Shown one piece after another: positions 20,316-33,322 of a stretch of 64,000 nucleotides of DNA. The translations under genes and the position numbers were made by a program. Source of the stretch: Flectonema sp. DT1601 (lineage: Eukaryota); contig OZ025801.1 in assembly GCA_964019425.1 (NCBI GenBank), positions 558,001 through 622,000 of the forward strand, read 5' to 3'. The notes under the pieces were generated by a model. It had not been told where the DNA came from. It did not search any database and saw only the letters and a list, made by a program, of their open reading frames with translations. Positions within the stretch are counted from its first letter, which is position 1. The number at the start of each line of letters is the position of its first letter.

Positions 20316-22493
20316 TTAGTAGACAGCAATGGGAATGGTCTCAGCTGGAGGCAGTCCCGGAGGTCTTGTGAGAACCCACTGCGACATATCCAACTTGTCA
20401 ACATACTTGACTCCAAGTAACTCACCTGTCGTACCTTTAACCACAGCACAGAGCAGGCATATCAGTGATCTGATTGTTCCTTCTTCAGATGCCTCTAACA
20501 GCAGATCAAACTGAGAAGGTATTTTTATTGCAATTTTTAACTTTTCAACTGCTACATATTTTATTAAAGCCACCGGAACGCATCTCACTAATGCAGTTTT
20601 CGCTCCGAGGTATACCGCACGTGGTGTTACTACAAGAGAGCGATATGTTCGTTTTTTGTTGCAGCAAAGAAGGATGTTTGCCCAAACAATTTCAGGATTT
20701 CCTTGTTTATAAAGTGGATGAAAGAACTCTCTAACTGCAGTGTTTAGTTGGCTGTACGAAACGAATGGTAGTCCTGTATCTGCATCGTGATTACTTCGTT
20801 GTGAATTAGATCTTTGAAATGAAATGGGAACTTCTAATAAATCAGAAGCCGATGACGATAGTTGTTGAGGTGATGATTTGTGACTTGGGTGTCTTATCCC
20901 AAGATTGCTTGGTGATTTCGGAGATGGCAACCCATAATTTTTTTTATGATACTCATCGCAAACCCTCAAACTATTATCCGCCGGAGTGTCTGGAGTTCCT
21001 GACAACATTATCCTCAAGTCGGAAGGGTTAATCAGAGCCGGAGGAATGTTTTTTTGTTTCCTGACTGGCTCGACACTCACACCAGAAACAGAATCTTGCA
21101 GTGACCCAACTGACAGAGATGAGTTGTCATTTCTTTCTCTTTCTGAACATACGGAGGCATGACCTGCACACATCAAATCCAGAGTAACATCAACTGCCTT
21201 GGAATCAAGTGAATCACTTGGTATGTCTGGAATTGAATTACAATCACTGTCGCAATTTATTAATATTTCTCCTCCTTCGATATCCGAAAGCTGAGCACAC
21301 GCTGATAAGAAAGATTTGGCTTTCAATTCCGAAGGTGGATCCAACGTATGAAATAATAAGTTATTCCCATCTACTGTTTGGATGCTGCACCAAATTTTTT
21401 TATATATTGAGACTTTTTGAATTTCACAAACAGGTATAATATGAAATACGTTAGTAATGTCCAATGCGTCAACAATATAAAGCTGTAAAGGTGTTAGTAT
21501 AGCAACTGTGGACACTCCTGTTATTCCATTCTGTCTTAGAATGTTACCAACCCAAAGAATCGTCGGACTTTTATATGATGAGAATTGGTGTCTTATGTTT
21601 ATTGGTATTTCTGATTTCAGGATAGGACTATAAGGAGAAACAGGTAGTGTTTGAAGTATAGTTTCAGTACGTGATTGCTCCACTTGGGATACCTTTATGG
21701 GAATCAGTGGAGGAAAGGTAAACCCCGATGACTTGACGAGCCTCCCACGTAGCTGTCTCTTACTAACATGGATTGGTCGAAACATTGCTTCAAAAATCAT
21801 AATCAAACCCACAGTATCTTCTTTTAATATAATATCATACTCGAGCGGTATCCGAAAAAGCAATTCAGTTCCATTCCGGATGACGCATTTTATTTTGTCG
21901 AAACTTATGCATCTAGTAATTTTATTTCCAGAATCTTCAATATTTCCGATGTACATCGCGGTGTCAGTGATGATTAATGTTTTTTTTGAGTAAACAAGAT
22001 CAGTGGAATCATCCCTTCGAGAAATCCATCCCAACCAGAGAATCTGAGGAGTTCCTTTATTATACAAGATTGATAAGGCTGAGCTAAGGTTGTCTGGAAC
22101 TTTATCAGCGGGAAAATTCTGAATGCCGTGATCGGCTATGTATTCACTCGTTTTATACACCCTTAGAAGAGTCTGTAATAATAATGTTATCGACTCTTTC
22201 ACGGGTGTTACGATATATGATTGATTTCTATATGTGATTACTACATTGTGTTGTGAGCCGGTTATTGACGACACATCTGCCAGTTCGATTCTCTGTATGC
22301 ATGTTTTTTCAGAATCAAATAACACAATTTCTTCTTCTGATATTGCTACGTGTTCTGCTCCATTTCCGCCTTCAACGTCAGCTTCACCTGCCCAAACTAA
22401 ATTTCCTTTTATTGTTTTTAATACTTTGAATGGTATATCCCTGAGCTCCACGCAGTCGACAGACTGCGGCAACACCATTTCAGTGATCTGCAT
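20316..22493 (-). CDS. Hypothetical protein with repeated PH-like beta domains
   Basis: 725-aa ORF with a recurring 'P.I(L/V)W...L.(I/V)T..A.Y.G....RC(I/V)' module (3-4 copies). Confidence 0.8.
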   Translation of the reverse strand: MQITEMVLPQSVDCVELRDIPFKVLKTIKGNLVWAGEADVEGGNGAEHVAISEEEIVLFDSEKTCIQRIELADVSSITGSQHNVVITYRNQSYIVTPVKESITLLLQTLLRVYKTSEYIADHGIQNFPADKVPDNLSSALSILYNKGTPQILWLGWISRRDDSTDLVYSKKTLIITDTAMYIGNIEDSGNKITRCISFDKIKCVIRNGTELLFRIPLEYDIILKEDTVGLIMIFEAMFRPIHVSKRQLRGRLVKSSGFTFPPLIPIKVSQVEQSRTETILQTLPVSPYSPILKSEIPINIRHQFSSYKSPTILWVGNILRQNGITGVSTVAILTPLQLYIVDALDITNVFHIIPVCEIQKVSIYKKIWCSIQTVDGNNLLFHTLDPPSELKAKSFLSACAQLSDIEGGEILINCDSDCNSIPDIPSDSLDSKAVDVTLDLMCAGHASVCSERERNDNSSLSVGSLQDSVSGVSVEPVRKQKNIPPALINPSDLRIMLSGTPDTPADNSLRVCDEYHKKNYGLPSPKSPSNLGIRHPSHKSSPQQLSSSASDLLEVPISFQRSNSQRSNHDADTGLPFVSYSQLNTAVREFFHPLYKQGNPEIVWANILLCCNKKRTYRSLVVTPRAVYLGAKTALVRCVPVALIKYVAVEKLKIAIKIPSQFDLLLEASEEGTIRSLICLLCAVVKGTTGELLGVKYVDKLDMSQWVLTRPPGLPPAETIPIAVY

Positions 22494-23299
22494 TAGGGCG
22501 ATTGATTACCTTTGTGCTGACATCCATAAGTTGTAATTATTATTATTTTTTATTTTTTTTTTTGTAGTAGTACTGTACAGAAGTAGATTGATAAAAAAAA
22601 AAAAAAAAAAGACTTCGAATGCTCGTTGTAATCGCACCGCTAAAACAGACGTTCATGTTAGTTATTAGCGGGAAAAAAGAAGAAAAAAAAAAAAAAAAAC
22701 TTTTAAAAATTTGTGAGAAAGTCTCACATCCACAGGTTTACAGGTGAATCGAAAGCGATAAACACACGCCTTCAATTCTTACAATAAACGACAAGTGAAA
22801 AGTTTAAACAAAAGTTGCACCTTATGTAAACTATTTCCTTTTGTAGCTTATCCACGGGTACGACTTAGTTTTTAGTTTTAATTAGTTTTCAAAGGCAATA
22901 TAACTCCCTCCAACAATCCAGTCTTTTATCAATTTAAAAAAAATGGGAGAAAAAAAAGTAAGCAAAGCACAGTCTCAAAAGAGGGAGTTTTTATTTTATT
23001 TTTTTTTTTTTGGCCTTTAATTTCTTTTCAAAAAAAAAGAAAAAAAAACATTTGTTCAGTTTTTTAGTTTAGTGGTTTTTTTTTTTTTTTTTTTTTTCCA
23101 AATCCAGTCATTTGTCTCAACATAACAGCAAAAACAAAACAAAAAAAAATGTGGGATCGATCTAGTTGACCAAGAAAAACTCACTACATGTGTTTTTTAC
23201 AATGGGAAAGGCACTAGCAGAAAAGCTCAGCGGTCAAAAAGAAAAACTCATTGTCGTTGAGTTGAATAGCGATACTCCTACTCGAATACGAGTACCGTA

Positions 23300-24985
23300 T
23301 CAAGAATTCCCTTTCTTTTTCTTCACTACTTTGGGGCAGTATACTTTAGGATCAATTGCTGAGTGTCGTGATGGGTCTGACCAAAGCTTTGGGTTGATTC
23401 CGATATGCTGTGTTGTGTAGATTTATGATAGTTACTTAAAAAGAAATAACCACAAAAAAAAATAAGATAAACAAAACCATACTTGAAGTAACAACGTAGT
23501 TTGCAATGCAAGAATCTCCTCAAGAGCAGCGTGACCACCATCCCAGAACATTCCAATCTTTCCACGTCTGACAGCTTCTACATCACTTGGGTTTAGTATT
23601 GCTGCGGCGTGTCCTACCCTTGCAATGTGAGAAGCTATCTCCACCATTGAATACCTTTCAGTCAGGACTACAGCATGAGATAGACTGCTTTCAGCTTCCG
23701 TAAAGACTTTGTGAAAAGATTCAAAGTTCCTATCACTTCCGAATGTAGGCAATGATATAATTACAGCCTCAAATGAATATGCGTCTTTCAGCGACAGTTG
23801 TTCTGCCAATGCCTGTGCCCACAATTTAGGAACTTCTGCAAAACCACCTTTAAAGGCACCACATCCTATTGCACATAACACAGGGAAAGAAACATCTCTG
23901 CTTTGCATAACATGAAGAGTATGAGCCCAAACCAATCTCATTGTTTGTAGTAGAGGTTCTGTGTTTAAAGTGTTATCGTCGTTGATAAAACGACTTCGAT
24001 CAACAGCAGAGTATTTTAGATTTATACCAGGAATGGACACTGCCAGATATTTATTTTTACTATTCTTCATCGTTCGATAACTGTTGTCATATACTGAAAG
24101 AATCTCACCTGATACTGCTGTATACTGTGCCTCAGCTTGTTGGGCTTCTGATAATTGTGTTTCACAGAAAGGACCTCGTTTTACCATACCAAATATAGTG
24201 GATAAGGATGCGGATTGCATCAGTGATATTACTGTTGATTTATCAATTGAAAAGTCTCGGATGGTGAAGTTATCTTTTTTTAGTGATTCAACGTTTCCTG
24301 ATAGTGTAATTTTACAACTTGATTCAGATGTTTCTTGTTTATCTCTACCAAGTTGATGAAGGAATACTCTTACCGGTCCACGCATTCGAGTCGCAGCTGT
24401 TTCTAGTGGAATTCTTTCTATTTCACAAATTGCTACGGGAAGAGAATGGATTAGTTGGTTTGCGCTTTCTGATAACAAACCTGAACCTACGATCACTACA
24501 GCTTGAACTGGTGGTTGGGTAAGTGTGTCATCTAAATCCTCGTCTTCTAAAGCGATTATTGTATCTGTACTGAGCTGTAGTCGTTTGACTCCTGGAGGTG
24601 TTTCTCTTATAGTAGACACTGTTGAACCAATCGTAGATGATCTGGATTTTAGTAACATAGAGAGCTTTGGTCTTGGGTCAGGTGATTCACAGACACTTAC
24701 GTCATCAGCTTCACAGTCTTGACGAAGAACTGCTCTTACTTTGTTCTTGTCGTTGTGTCTTCTTTGAATCATTTCATCAATGTAGACTTTGTAGTCTCCG
24801 ACAGTAACGGTTTTTTGTCCTTTTTGATAAGAATTTTCAATCACATTGTTCTCTTTTTCTTTATATAATTTCCAAGCTTCTGGGTCTTCGTCGTCCAGGT
24901 CTTCGTGTTCCTTGAAATACCACATCCCTGATATGCCATCGCCGCTTCGTTTTTGTTTTTCTCCGGGTTTGGATTTCGCTGGCAT
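23300..24985 (-). CDS. WWE domain + macrodomain (PARG-like) protein; exons 24985-23483 and 23407-23300
   Basis: WWE: WYFKE..WKLY..IENSY..EMIQ..RAVLR. Macrodomain-type loop VLCAIGCGAF. CAA|GTATGG donor and ACACAG| acceptor restore LLLQ|HIGINPKLW. Confidence 0.78.
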
Positions 24986-25070
24986 TTTTTTTTTTTTTTT
25001 TTGGTTTTTTTTAGATGTTGGTATAGCCAGACGGATTCTGTTTTTTTCTGAATTGACGTTAAAATTTTTT

Positions 25071-25101
<31 letters not shown>

Positions 25102-26073
25102 CTTGCTGAGTTAGTATCCCGCTATCGATCACCTCAACGTGATAATTTATGGATTCCTATGAACAAAAAAAAGAACAAAAAAAAAAAAAACTCTTCAAAA
25201 ATCCGACTACTGCACCTTGCGATTCCCTCACAGTATCGCGTCGTGAGGTGACACTAAAGGGAAAAAGCATTTCCAGCAAAAAAAAATTCTCCCTTCCTTT
25301 TTTTTATTTTTTTATGGCAGTTTTGGGAAAGTCCTACTGTGATCAATATGATGCCAATGAAAAAAAAAAAAATAAATAAATAAATAAATAAAGCTCACCG
25401 ACGGTATTTGCATCGTAAATAAATATAAAAAATAAATTCAAAAAAAAAAAAAAAAAAAAACATAAATTCGTTTTTTAAGCGTTCCATGAAAAACAAAACT
25501 CTAAGTATTATAAAGGACTTGGAAAGATTCAGAACAAAATCGTCTGAGGGAAAAAAAGAAGAAAAAAATTATCCACTCCACGCTGATCGAGGGGAGTGAA
25601 TGCAGACCAAAAGCGTTAAAATAATAATAGTATCACAGTATGAGACTACAAGCGTTAAAGAATTGAATCAGGGGTTGTCATTGTGTTGAATTCGTTTTTA
25701 TTTTTTATTTTTTATTTTGATATCTTTCTCAAACTTCGAAAAACCCCAAAATTTTGGAACAGTTTTTTTTTTTTAAAATAAAAAATAAAAATAAAAACAA
25801 AATCAACTACCATTGACATCTGAGCGTTTGAAGGGAAAAAAAAAGAGAAAAAAAAAGAAGGGAAAAACAGGTGATTCCTACCTTGCCTTGCTAAGGAAAA
25901 AAAAATCGATAGTCGAAAAAAAAAAAAAAAAAAAAAAAAGTTTGTTGCTGCGCAAAAGAGCCAGATAAAAGAATCCAAGACAGCGTACATAAGAAGAATT
26001 AATTCGCAAAAAGTAAGTCTTACGTAGACCATGAGATAGATAAGTTGTTTGTTGTAAAAAAAAGAAAGGTTAG

Positions 26074-26181
26074 TTTTTTGTGTCACGAAACCGTGAACCG
26101 ACCTTAAACTGATAATAAAGCTAAAGGAGGTTTACGTGTGCTGCCAAACATTCTTTTTTCTTACAATACTTGCTAAATGCA
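26074..26181 (-). repeat. F2 partial copy
   Basis: tgtcacgaaaccgtgaaccg...aaaggaggtttacgtgtgctgcc. Confidence 0.85.
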
Positions 26182-26551
26182 AAAAAAAAAAAAAAAAAAA
26201 CTAATTAAAAAAAATGAGAAATCTCCAACCATTTCTCAAAACATATGTAAGTTCGAATCCCTGTCAATGATATTTCTTTTCACAAATATAATATGCTCCA
26301 CTCGAAAAAAATAAAAAAAATAAAATCGGGGAACATATAAATCAAATGCAACTAAGACTGTCGTATAAACAAAGAGATGCATTCCACACCAGAAGGGAAT
26401 GCATAACTTACTACTACTGATAGTCATTAAAGTACCCGACTAAGACAGAAAGTCATCCAATCAAAATAATTCATTCCACGCTAGTGGGGAATAGATTACC
26501 CTGATTGCCTTTCGTCACAATATCATGAATGGACTTCAATCAAAGGAATAA

Positions 26552-27642
26552 TCAGACGAAAATTGCAAGAAGTGACATCCCAGAAAATCCCATCAAACAT
26601 GCAAAAAACTTAGTCTTAATACGAGCTCCTACCATTTCCTCAGGCAGTAATTCCATTAGGGAAATGTACATAAAGGTTCCGGAACCTACTGCTTGACAAA
26701 CTGCTGCGACTAAGTCAACTGAGCTCATCGCTAGAAAGTTTGATATAATAACACCCAACAGAGCACCAGCTGGAGTCATAAATGCGAAGAATAAGGCATA
26801 GGTAACGATTGTCTTTGAGGGTACCTTTGATTTAACGAAGGCAACTCCAAGAGAGAATGCAGCTAAAAACTTGTGAGACAATATAGCGACAGCCATCGCC
26901 GCAATCGATCCTTCTCTTTGAGCTGTTCCCAATGCGATTCCTTCGACGATGCTGTGAAATGAAAGTACGCAAAGAAGAATGATTGCAACCCAAAGACCTG
27001 ATTCTCTCTCACTGTATGAGAGGTCACAAGGATCTTCACTGTCAGCTCTCGGGTCTTGTTGGATATGATGTTTCGCAAAGGTTAACCCTGACTCCAATCC
27101 TTCTCTAAACGACCTAGAATTGTAAGACACGTGATGATGATGTTGTTTAACATTACAGCTTTTATGTGATGAAGAAAGCTCTGACTCCCAAACACCTGGT
27201 TCTTCAATTGGGGAATCTGTTGGTGAACACGGATCGGAGTTACCTCCACGAACACCATGAACACCATGACAGTTGTTTGAAGGGGAGTGAGTCACTCCGA
27301 GTTTACCTATGATTGCTTCGTGAGGCCCAACAACAACTTTTTCAAAGAATAAAACAAACATTAATCCGGTACAACAGAGTAGATTCGCAATCGGGAACTC
27401 CATATAAAGTGAAAGAGTACCAGCAGAGTCAGGTAACAAGTGACAGAATGCCACTGACAAGATCACTCCCGCAGCCGCACAACTTGCTATAGATAGAGTC
27501 ACTTTATTAGCAGCGAATCGTATTGGAAATAACACTCCAAAAAATCCTGTTATCAATATCAATACGATTATGACACCTTTTAAATGATTTTCCAATTCCA
27601 TTCCAACTACAGCAACTCCCAAAGCAGCAGAGTCATATGCCG

Positions 27643-27646
<4 letters not shown>
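26552..27646 (-). CDS. ZIP-family zinc/iron transporter
   Basis: HLLPDS, His-rich loop, LSFHSIVEGIALG, ILSHK, GTFMYI; about 8 hydrophobic segments. Confidence 0.95.
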
Positions 27647-27676
<30 letters not shown>

Positions 27677-27908
27677 CTAAGGACTATAACACAAAAACCA
27701 TATGATGCTTAATTTAGACTTTTCAGAAGTAAACTTATCAGGGGTTTCAAAAAGCCTCATGGGGCTGGTGGTAAACATCTCTAAAAGGGAATGTGTGTCA
27801 TACCTGCAAACAATAAAACCAAATTAATAATTACAAGAAAGATAATAACATAAAAATAAAACACGGCGTGGGTAAAGAGTTAAGTTACACTAAAATTTAT
27901 TTTACTTA

Positions 27909-27942
<34 letters not shown>

Positions 27943-28274
27943 CCTTTCCATCTTATTTTTTTTCTTTTTTTTTTTTTTTTTTTCAGTTTGTCGATATAAG
28001 GTTATTCTGTAACCTAGTTGCCTTCTCTATTGCGACTCGATTTAACAAAAAGCATTATCGTGTCAACAAAAAGCTGCTACCACACCGGTGTTTGGCAACA
28101 ATTACTTAGTTTTTAGAGGTGAACAGGAAAAAAAAAGCAAGAAAAGATGAACCTGTTCACCACACTATGTGTCTCGCTCTAACTATTTAAAAAGGGAATA
28201 ACATAACACCACGGACGGGGAAAAGGGCCATTCGGGAGGTGCCATAACGCCAACCATAAAGCGACGGAGGGCAT

Positions 28275-29349
28275 TCAATCTAATCGGTTCTTTACTTCTC
28301 TAATGGTAACGCCTTCTTCAGTCATGACCTGTGGTGGGGTTTTTTTTTTTTTTTTTTTTTTTTCGTTTATACTTGTTCCTCTTTTTAATTTAAGTTTTCA
28401 CCATGCTTCGTATGGGTGTGTTCTCCGAAAACTCAACACCCATCTGCAGTCTCCGAGTCATCGCACGAGATACGCAGCCCAGCAAAAAGTAGATAGTTGC
28501 TTTTGGGCCTCCAAAAAACTGCTGAGTGCCTCAAACTTTGCAAATGTGACCTTCATTGTGACTACTTCTCCCTTTAGTTTCACCAACGAGAAAACGGGAG
28601 AAAACACGGAGGACAAAACAGAACGAATTGTCGGCTCAGTTATATTTCCTTCCATTCAAAAAAAGTGTGGATGTAAAGAACAAAAAAAAAAAAAAAAAAG
28701 AAAAAAAGGATAACGCCGCCCACAATCTTTTTTTCACTCGTAAAAAAAAACCTAGTTTTTCAATTACAAAAAAAATAAAAAATCATACAGCTACAGAACA
28801 CCCCCAACCAGCAAGACAGTCACGGTCAAGTCCAGCCAACATCGCCTGAGCGGTAACATGAAAGAGATCGTCGGGTTGCAAGTTAGGTTGAAAGAGTGAT
28901 TCCGCAACACCGATAAGTGTTTCTGCAGTGGTTCCAGAGGCTCCGATTTCAGTTGCCTCCGAAAGTGCTCCTATACCATCCATGGTAACGAGATATGGAT
29001 CACCATTTTCTTTTAAACCTCCAACTAGTGGCTGTACCATGTACCCCCCAAACCTTTTTCCGTACAACATGTTCGATATCATACAAGCTGCAGCCTCTAC
29101 CGGCATATCTCTTTCTTCTCTAAGTTTAAATAATTTCATACGAAATTGGATTCTCGCCAGTAATGTTTTATTGTCAGTGTCTAAACCAGCCAGTCCAACG
29201 AAAACCTTTGGCCCAATTCTGTGAAATTTTACGTTTTTTTTGGAAATTGAATTTGACTGAGATCCCAATCGGTGATCACTGCAGAACGAGATGCATTTTT
29301 CACCCAAGACTGACAATACAGCACCACCCGAGTACTCCGCTATACCCAT
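28275..29349 (-). CDS. PSMB3: 20S proteasome subunit beta-3; exons 29349-28789 and 28328-28275
   Basis: MGIAEYSGG, SD.RLG.Q, LY.KRFG.Y, DRDCLAGWG. The spliced last exon VMTEEGVTIREVKNRLD* matches the typical beta-3 C-terminus. Confidence 0.93.
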
Positions 29350-30368
29350 ATTGCTTTTTTGGTAAACCCTTTTTTTTGTAATTAGTAATTTTGATGAAGT
29401 TAAACATTTCATGGAACAAAAACAACAAGGAATCTTCAATGGGAACATTCACAATTCATATTGAGTTTCATTTCCTGTGATAGATTGAAAAATAATTTTA
29501 AGAAAAATAACAATTTTTTTTTTTTTTTTTTTTTTTTTTTGATAAAAATAATTTTGCTCAACAAGAAGAAGAAAAAGAAAGAAGAAAAAAAAAGAGAAAA
29601 AAAAAAAAAAAACCAGTCGCACAAAAGCAACCTGAGTACTTACAAGTACGCAGGCGGGTAATGAGTTGCTGGTCTTTTTGGGGGTAAAATGAAGGACCGG
29701 ATAAAAAGGAAGAAAGGAAGCCGCAAAAGAAAAAAAAGAGAAAAAGAAACAACGTATCAGAGAGAAGGTAAACCGGGAAATTAAGTGTACGCTGGTACTC
29801 CTTACTACGAAAAAAAAAAAGAAAGGGGAAAAAAAAAACAGTAATACCGCATTTATAACCAACAGAGTACCAGGGGAAAATATCTACCTGAAGCACTTAT
29901 TGCCGAATAAAAAAACCACAGCAACAGTGATTTTATTACAGTTTCCCCTTCGCTCAATTTTTTTTTTTCTTTCTTTTTAAAAAAGTAAAACTTTTTGTTG
30001 TCTCAAGGGTCACAACCATACTCAATCTGCGATCGAAACACAGAATGGGAAATGACAACACATTTTTTTATTTTTTTTCTCTCTTTTTTTTTTTTTTTTT
30101 TTTGTTGTTCTTCAACGAAATAGTTAATAAGGGGGAAAAAAAAAGAAGAAAAAAAACAGAACCATAAAAACGTAGTAACGTACACGTCATTTTCCCGAAT
30201 TACTTACCTTCACAAGGGGGTTGAGAGGGGAAAGGGGAAAAAAGAAAAAAGAAAAAAGAAGAAGAACGATTTTTTAAAAAAAAATAGAACAGGAAAATAA
30301 GAATAAGTAAAAAAAAACTGGTGAATAAGATTAAACGCTTGTGGCACATACTGAAGTGTGCCTCAACG

Positions 30369-30399
<31 letters not shown>

Positions 30400-32920
30400 T
30401 CGAGGAAGCGGGAATTGAACTTAATACTTTTTTTTCAGCATCATTGCAGGCAGAACTACAACGAACCCTTACTGCTGCAGTAATGCGAGCTGAGGGAAGA
30501 AAAAAAAAAAAAAAAAGAGGAGAAAACTGAAAGCTTTGTTTATGCCTTCAATGTGCACAATAATTTCCAGTAATTATGGGGAAAACAAATCACGTCGTCC
30601 CCCGGAATACCAGGTTTTTTTTTTGCTTCCTCAATACTTGTTGTTAACACGAAGAAAGAGAGGAGGGAAAGAAAAAAAAAAAAGAAACTGAAATTCTGAA
30701 ACAAGTAAACCGTAACATGAATCAACCCAACAAACCTTCTCGTGACAATGACCAGTGAAGCACAAAGAACGCACGAGTGAAAACTTTCATATAAAGAAGA
30801 TAACCTCTCACAAACAAAAGAAAAAGTTTAGGATTGTGGCAGTAGCCTAATTCTAAGGTTTTCCACAAGCCAACGTGTCTTCCACCAGACAAAACGTCAG
30901 CTGGAAGACGACAAGAGTATAAAAAGAATCAAAGAGGGGTTAACTGCTTTGAGCATACCTATATAACGATATAAATATATGGATTGTCAAATGTGAACTA
31001 ATATAAGCAATTAGTAATTTTATGAGACGGTGACCTGAAAAAAATAATTACACCGAAAAAAAAAAACACACACACATAAACACAGTCGAGGTGCAGCTTA
31101 GCACAAAACATTATTGCTGCACATAACCAGTGACGTGACTACGGGTTGTTGTACTTTAGAAAGCACCGGAATTATTTGAGCGAGTGCTAAGAAACAAAAA
31201 AAAAAAGACAAAACATCAGGCAACATGAGGTAACTGTGTCTGTTCATCGGTCAAACAAAAACAAAAAAAAAAGATTAAATGAAATAAAATAAAAACTCTC
31301 ATTGGACCACAGGACACGCTGAGAGCTCTGAGGGAGTAGTAGTCGTGTGAACTTAAAAACGCAATCCAGTATGGGAATAGTAAAAAAAACAGATAAAAGC
31401 GATGACAAGACTACCATCCACGTCTGTGAATCGTCTCTCGTCTACAGAGGGAAAAGAATAAAAAAGAAACAACGGCAAAGAGCAAAATAACCAGAACAAA
31501 AAAGAAAAAAAGAAAGGGGGAAAAAAGACACCTAATCCATCCTTAGCCTTGTTCCCAAAGGAGGAAGGGAATACAGCAACTACCTTTATTCCATCCTCGA
31601 CAAGTAAAAAAACCACGGAGGAGAAAAAATGTTGGCTGTAGAACACAGCTATACCTATATAGGGAACACAAAAAATACCATCTCGGAAAATAGAAAATTG
31701 AAGGACTTTTTTTTTTTTTTTTTAGAAGAAAGGAAAAAAAAAAAAAAAAACGACAAAGCCAATACCGCACCTCATATCGACTGACGAAGAGAGATCGTAA
31801 GAAGAATAGTAGGAATCGACTTTTTAATTTTATAGGAGTTTTTTTAATAATTTAGAAAAAAAAAAAAAAAAAGAAAAAAAAAGGTTGTGAAAGAAGCCTC
31901 AAGCCTGCATAACCATTAATAATAACTGGCATACAATACAATACAAACACACTAAGCTTTGCAGTTTTTTTTTTTTTTTTTTTCATTTAATTTGTTTGCC
32001 ACGCTATCAAAATGCATATGTTAAGTTGTCATATGTACGGTTAGTTCTGAGTGCCGTCACCCAGTCTGTATAGAGACAGACCAAACGGATAATGCGACAC
32101 TCACTCTCACTGATCAGTAAGAAAACAAAAAAAAAAAAGGTGAAAGAAAAATAATGGAAAGGAAAAAAAAAAGGCAAAACAAGAGCTTTTTTTTCCTCCA
32201 TAACCTTTTTTTTTTTTTTTTTTTCATCGCCGATCGCAATTAAAAAATTATGGGGAGAAAAAAAAAAAAAAAAAAAAAAATATAAATAAATTAAAAAAAA
32301 AAAACACAACAGAGTATTGTTTTCTCACCGACTAAGAGAGAAACACATCTCAAAGTTAATTGCAATGGGGTTTTTAAGCGCTTGTTTGCTAACAAAAATT
32401 AAAACACACTCAATTAATCATTAACCAGATGTATGTACGTAAACCAGTACTTAGTGTACTCCTTATAATTTTTAATTATTACTTATTATAAAATATTATA
32501 TTTTTGTTGTGGTATTGTTGTGTGTGAGTGATCAAGTGATGCACACCGAGGAAAGAACAATCCAAAATAAAGCTGATAGGGAGCTGAGAGAGAGAGATGG
32601 TGAATAACAATAACAAAACACGAGCAAAGTATAAGAAACTATCCACATTAGAAGCTTGAGGTCTTTTCGTACATACAAAAAAAAAAAAAAAAAAAAACCT
32701 TATTCCCAATTATGTTTTTTTTTTTTTTTTTTTTTTTTTGCGCTGAAGTAATGAATAACACAGCAAAAAATATACAGTTTCTTGCCAAGAACACACAAAA
32801 TACTTAAGGCGGCAAACAATATTTTTATTTGTGTGTCTACCCAACTGAAGACGAACAGAATTACTCACTTTTTTTTTTCCTTCTTTATAAAACATGTAAA
32901 AAAGAAAAAAAAATAAATGA

Positions 32921-33067
32921 AAACCGTTCAAGTCAAGCCTTATTTTTTTTTATGTTGATCGCAGACAGTGATACTGAAAGACCAGGGAAAATAGATTACT
33001 TTTTGACCATAAATAAATAAACGGCTTTTAATCTGAATTAGTTTTCTTTTACCGACTTTGTCGGTGT
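32921..33067 (+). mobile_element. F1 copy (subfamily B)
   Basis: aagcctta...tttgaccataaataaataaacggc...aatctgaattagttt...accgactttgtcggt. Confidence 0.8.
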
Positions 33068-33295
33068 AAAAAAGAAAAAATAATAATTATAATATATAAA
33101 AACAACATTTCATGAAGTCGTTTAACACGCCAGCATTAATTAGGTAATTTCTTATTATTATTATTATTATTTTTTTTTTTATTTTTTTTTTTTTTTTTTG
33201 CTTCTTCAAGTTATTCAACAAGTTTTCACAACAAAAAGTAACTTTATTTATTATTTATTTATTTTTATTTTTTTCAAAAAAAAAAAAAAAAAAAA

Positions 33296-33322
33296 GGAAA
33301 GGAAAGGAAAGGAAAGGAAAGG
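33296..33322. repeat. (GGAAA)n microsatellite
   Basis: Five full tandem units. Confidence 0.9.
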
